A stretch of DNA of 63,021 nucleotides, counting the filler, from Nemertoderma westbladi (Eukaryota; Animalia; Xenacoelomorpha), in NCBI GenBank assembly GCA_032718475.1. It is 3 parts of 3 records of this genome, joined end to end, with 100 filler letters (N's around TTAATTAATTAA, not from the genome) between each part and the next. Parts side by side here need not be neighbours in the genome. Positions count along the whole stretch, not along the records: positions 47,919 to 63,021 come from JAUCBJ010001584.1; 2 more parts are not named here. One strand, given 5' to 3'. The translations under genes and the position numbers were made by a program. How positions within the stretch are numbered: the first letter of the stretch is position 1; each line of letters starts with the position of its first letter. Shown here one piece after another: positions 59,834 through 63,021 of the stretch. Below the pieces are notes generated by a model. The model ran no database searches. It was not told the DNA's origin and saw only the letters and a list, made by a program, of their open reading frames with translations.

Positions 59834-62140
59834 TGTGAGCGGATTCAATTCCGCTCCATTACCCCATAAAGTTGGGAAGTGGCGCCCTTTTCAGCAATAT
59901 TGGGGATACGAGGTTAATCACAACTAATCTCGTATCACACCCAATAACGGGGACAACACACAGCCCAGAAGGCCACACAAAGGGAGGTTAGAGGTCAAAC
60001 CACCTCGAGAGGGAAAGTAACAGCAGCGGGGGGGGGGGGGGGGGGCACTCCAACAGAGGTGGGAGCCGAGAATTAGACTATTAGCCAATAAGGGCGAGGG
60101 AAGCATCCGCTAGATTGAGAGGCCAAAGTAATGTAGGAGTGACAATCACATATATTATATTGCATACCGTGCCGGTCAGTTTAGTTATCTCAGTCATCTA
60201 GTGGCAGACCGGTGACATTTCGTACCGTCACCGTCACTACCGGTATAACATTCATTATCTGACTGTAACTATATCTGTCAACTGTGCTGTCACATATCTT
60301 ATATCATTTAGTCTACATCAATATCAGAGCGATAACAACGAACTATTATCTTTTTCCCAAACAACCTGGTGACGCGTAACGCAATAAACCGGTCGGGATC
60401 CCCTGATCCCGTCACGGTACGAAATTCCCAACACTGCTAAACTGTGACTGCCAGCCACCAAGAAGGAAAGTTAAAGATGAACACAGAGCCCCGAGATCTA
60501 GAGTGGGAGAGGACACCGCCGTGGACCCCGGACGATACCAACAACCTAACGATCCGCGAGGCCGCGACGAGACAGTATCGACCTACGACGCCGGATTCGC
60601 CGACGAGAGACGATCCGGCAGTCCAAGCGGAGGGTGGCCGTCCACCAGGAGGAAGGGACGAGTCGAGGCACGACGACGGTAGAAGTGCCGAAGTCGCCGG
60701 CCAGCCACAGGCCGAGGGCGACGGATGGCCCACCGGAACGGCGATGGTGGGGCCGCTGGTACGACGCCGAACCAGGAGAGGAGGAGGAGATGTCGGCGAC
60801 GAGGACGTCGGAACCAGCGATCGGCTTCGACGGGCCTACAACACCACAAAGAAACAGCTCAAGGAGGCCAGAGGGGGAGCAAAGGTAGACCAGGGGAAGT
60901 TGAGCCAGCGACTAGGTGAGTCGAATAAACATTTCAGATACCTAGTTCGTTTCGGGCAGGGAGAACTGGCGAGTGAGAGAGCGAGGGGTGTCGCCACCGA
61001 ACTATTTGAACTGTGGCGATCAGGGATTATGGAGCCCCAAATAGTGTACGTAGGGCTGTATTTAGTGGATGCTAGGGGGATTAAGTTAGTGGGTTAGGCA
61101 GACCCGCATGAGGGCGAACCCGAGGTTAACTCCGAGGATTCGGTCTCGTCGGTTAGCGAGAACCCCGGAAAGCGGGGGAAAATTAGTAGGACAGAGAGAC
61201 GACGGGATTCCGTCGCGACTGATAAGTCCGCTACATCCTCCGCAAAAGCAAGAAGGGTGTTGGAGATAGATCTGGCGTGTCAATTAGACATTGCGGCGCT
61301 AGACCAGAAAGAGTTAGAGAGGCAACTGAATGAGGGAACCGCATTATTAGAAAGAGAGAGAGAGTTAGCCAGGGAATGTAGAGAGAGGGCCGAGAGAGTG
61401 GCGAGAGACTGTAGGGAGCGTGAGGAATGGGAGACAGAAATAGAGAACGAGCGTAAAGAGCGAGAAATGAGAGCAGAGAACGAGCGTAAAGAACGGGAGA
61501 CAAAAATAAAGAACAAGTGTAAAGAGCGAGAGGTGAGAGAGACGAGCGAGCGCAAGGAGCGTGAGGCGAGGAGGCTTGAGAGGGTTGCGACAGAGACAGA
61601 GATAGCGGACCAAAGTTTGCGAGAGGATAGAGAGAGAGAGAGGGTGGGAAAGCGTATGCGGGATGATATGCATGCCCGGCTAAGGGGGCTTATGAAATAT
61701 CAGGCCAAGCAGACGCGCTGACTGGAACTGGCGCAGTTGGGACTATCAGAGGGTGAGGCTGGCTCGGGTAGTATTTACGAGGAGCCAGAAGTAGTGGAAA
61801 CGTTTGTTAATACCCCACTTACAGGCACCGGACGACAGAACCAGAACTGGTGTAACCGTACGGGCGGGGGGGGGGGGGGGGGTAATAATAATACGTTAGA
61901 AGAAATTAATATTAATAGTACCATAGTAGACAACCCTAATCAAACTTTCGTTGCAGGAAATAACATTTTATCTGGTAATTCTAATTTAAATACAAATAAT
62001 TCAAATAATAATATTAATTTAAATATACAAAATAATAATTCTAATTCAAATATTCAAAATAATCCGAATAATTTAAATTCAAATATAGAAAATAATTCAA
62101 ATGATAATTTAAATTTAAATATACACAATAATTCAAATAT
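59834..62140 (+). mobile_element. Second, diverged BEL/Pao copy (5' LTR 59834-~60363, PBS-like TGGTGACGCG at 60367, N-terminal ORF region), truncated
   Basis: ORFs 60444-61097, 61257-61721 and 61737-62222 are homologous to 56444-57160 and 55384-56199 on the opposite strand. Confidence 0.85.
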
Positions 62141-62339
62141 AATACATGATTTTAGCACCTCAATATGTATTAATCAACATGAGCTTCAATTTGAATATTT
62201 GCATATTGACAGAGAAACATAAGAAAAATCAATTGGATTATAGAGTGGAAAATTTAAATTTAGATTATTCAATTGCGAGTATTAATAAGTTGTTTTTCCT
62301 GACGCGGTGCGGTGCCAGGCGCTTGTGTTACAGTCACCA

Positions 62340-63021
62340 TCACCCATCAACCCCATCAAACAGTCCGATGTAGTGGAAGGGTGTGTCCATGGTTCCCACC
62401 ACCGACGCCGCGTTTCCCATGAGAATTGCCACCGCCAAGCGTTGCAGCAAAAACTGGTGCGACCGTTGCTCATGGGTCCGAGCATGAAGACGCGCCCTGA
62501 CTTCCTGGAGGAAGCTGGCAGTCTCGGGTCCGGGTCGACCAAAGGTCTCAAAGGCCACGGGACTGAAGTAGCAGCGACCATGCTCTACCAACTCGCTATA
62601 CTTCCTAATCTTCACCCGCTCAGCCTCCTCAGCAGCACGGCCACCAGCGATGAGGGTCTGCTGGAGATGACTCGGGGCGAGGGGATCCGTTAGGGTTGCG
62701 TCCCAGGCCAATGAGCGGCCGCGGTTCCAAGGCATCACTGTAACCCCGTCAACCCTCTTACCATCGCTCCGACAGAGACCTGGGGGCTCAAGGATGGGGG
62801 ACACCCCGCAGGTGACCAGCGCCCGCCTTACTATATCGTTCAACATAGCGTGGCGGGGATGCCGGCCAGCGCTCCTCTGGCAGCAGATACCATGGAGACC
62901 ATCAGCAGCTACCAGGCTACCACAGCGACAGGTATGCGGCTCGACTACCTTACTTCCCAGCCGCATGGCAACGGCGATGCGGAACTGGCTGTCATCCAGC
63001 TTGAGTCCCAACGACGAGATG
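62340..63021 (-). mobile_element. CRE-type non-LTR retrotransposon C-terminus (zinc knuckle and restriction-like endonuclease), runs off window
   Basis: CRCG.....DGLHGICC, RHAMLNDIV.RAL, EPPGL.RSDGKRVDG.TVMPW.RGRSLAWDAT, K.RKY, F.PVAFETFG, QRLAVAILMGNAA. Confidence 0.85.

Noticed and set aside
55384-62140. DIRS-like element with inverted terminal repeats
   Set aside because: The inverted copies face outward, are clearly diverged, encode Pao-type gag and protease, and no tyrosine recombinase is visible

Overview
AT-rich, intron-containing animal (invertebrate-like) genomic scaffold made of three contigs joined by two 100-bp linkers (N44-TTAATTAATTAA-N44 at 26960-27059 and 47819-47918). Host genes: the last four coding exons of NME7 (minus, 1926-10082), the first four coding exons of GALK2 (minus, 33971-36424), and three complete intronless CDSs (plastin/fimbrin, BCL7-like, class I fructose-bisphosphate aldolase) that appear to sit inside one long NME7 intron. 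The rest is mobile DNA and satellites: RTE, CR1/L2-type, CRE-type and other LINEs (one intact 1151-aa APE-RT ORF led by a 2A-like motif), two head-to-head BEL/Pao LTR elements, a 6.8-kb fold-back Academ-like transposon, a Zator-like remnant, several MITEs, tRNA-derived pieces, 22-bp and 31-bp minisatellites and a 5.4-kb (GTTA/GATA)n array. The most unusual item is a seamless head-to-tail dimer of a non-coding 677-bp unit (41782-43136). It is flanked by an 8-bp target-site duplication and each unit carries a degenerate type III hammerhead-ribozyme fold, so it is a candidate large animal retrozyme copied from a circular RNA. All family assignments come from motif recognition by eye; no searches were run.
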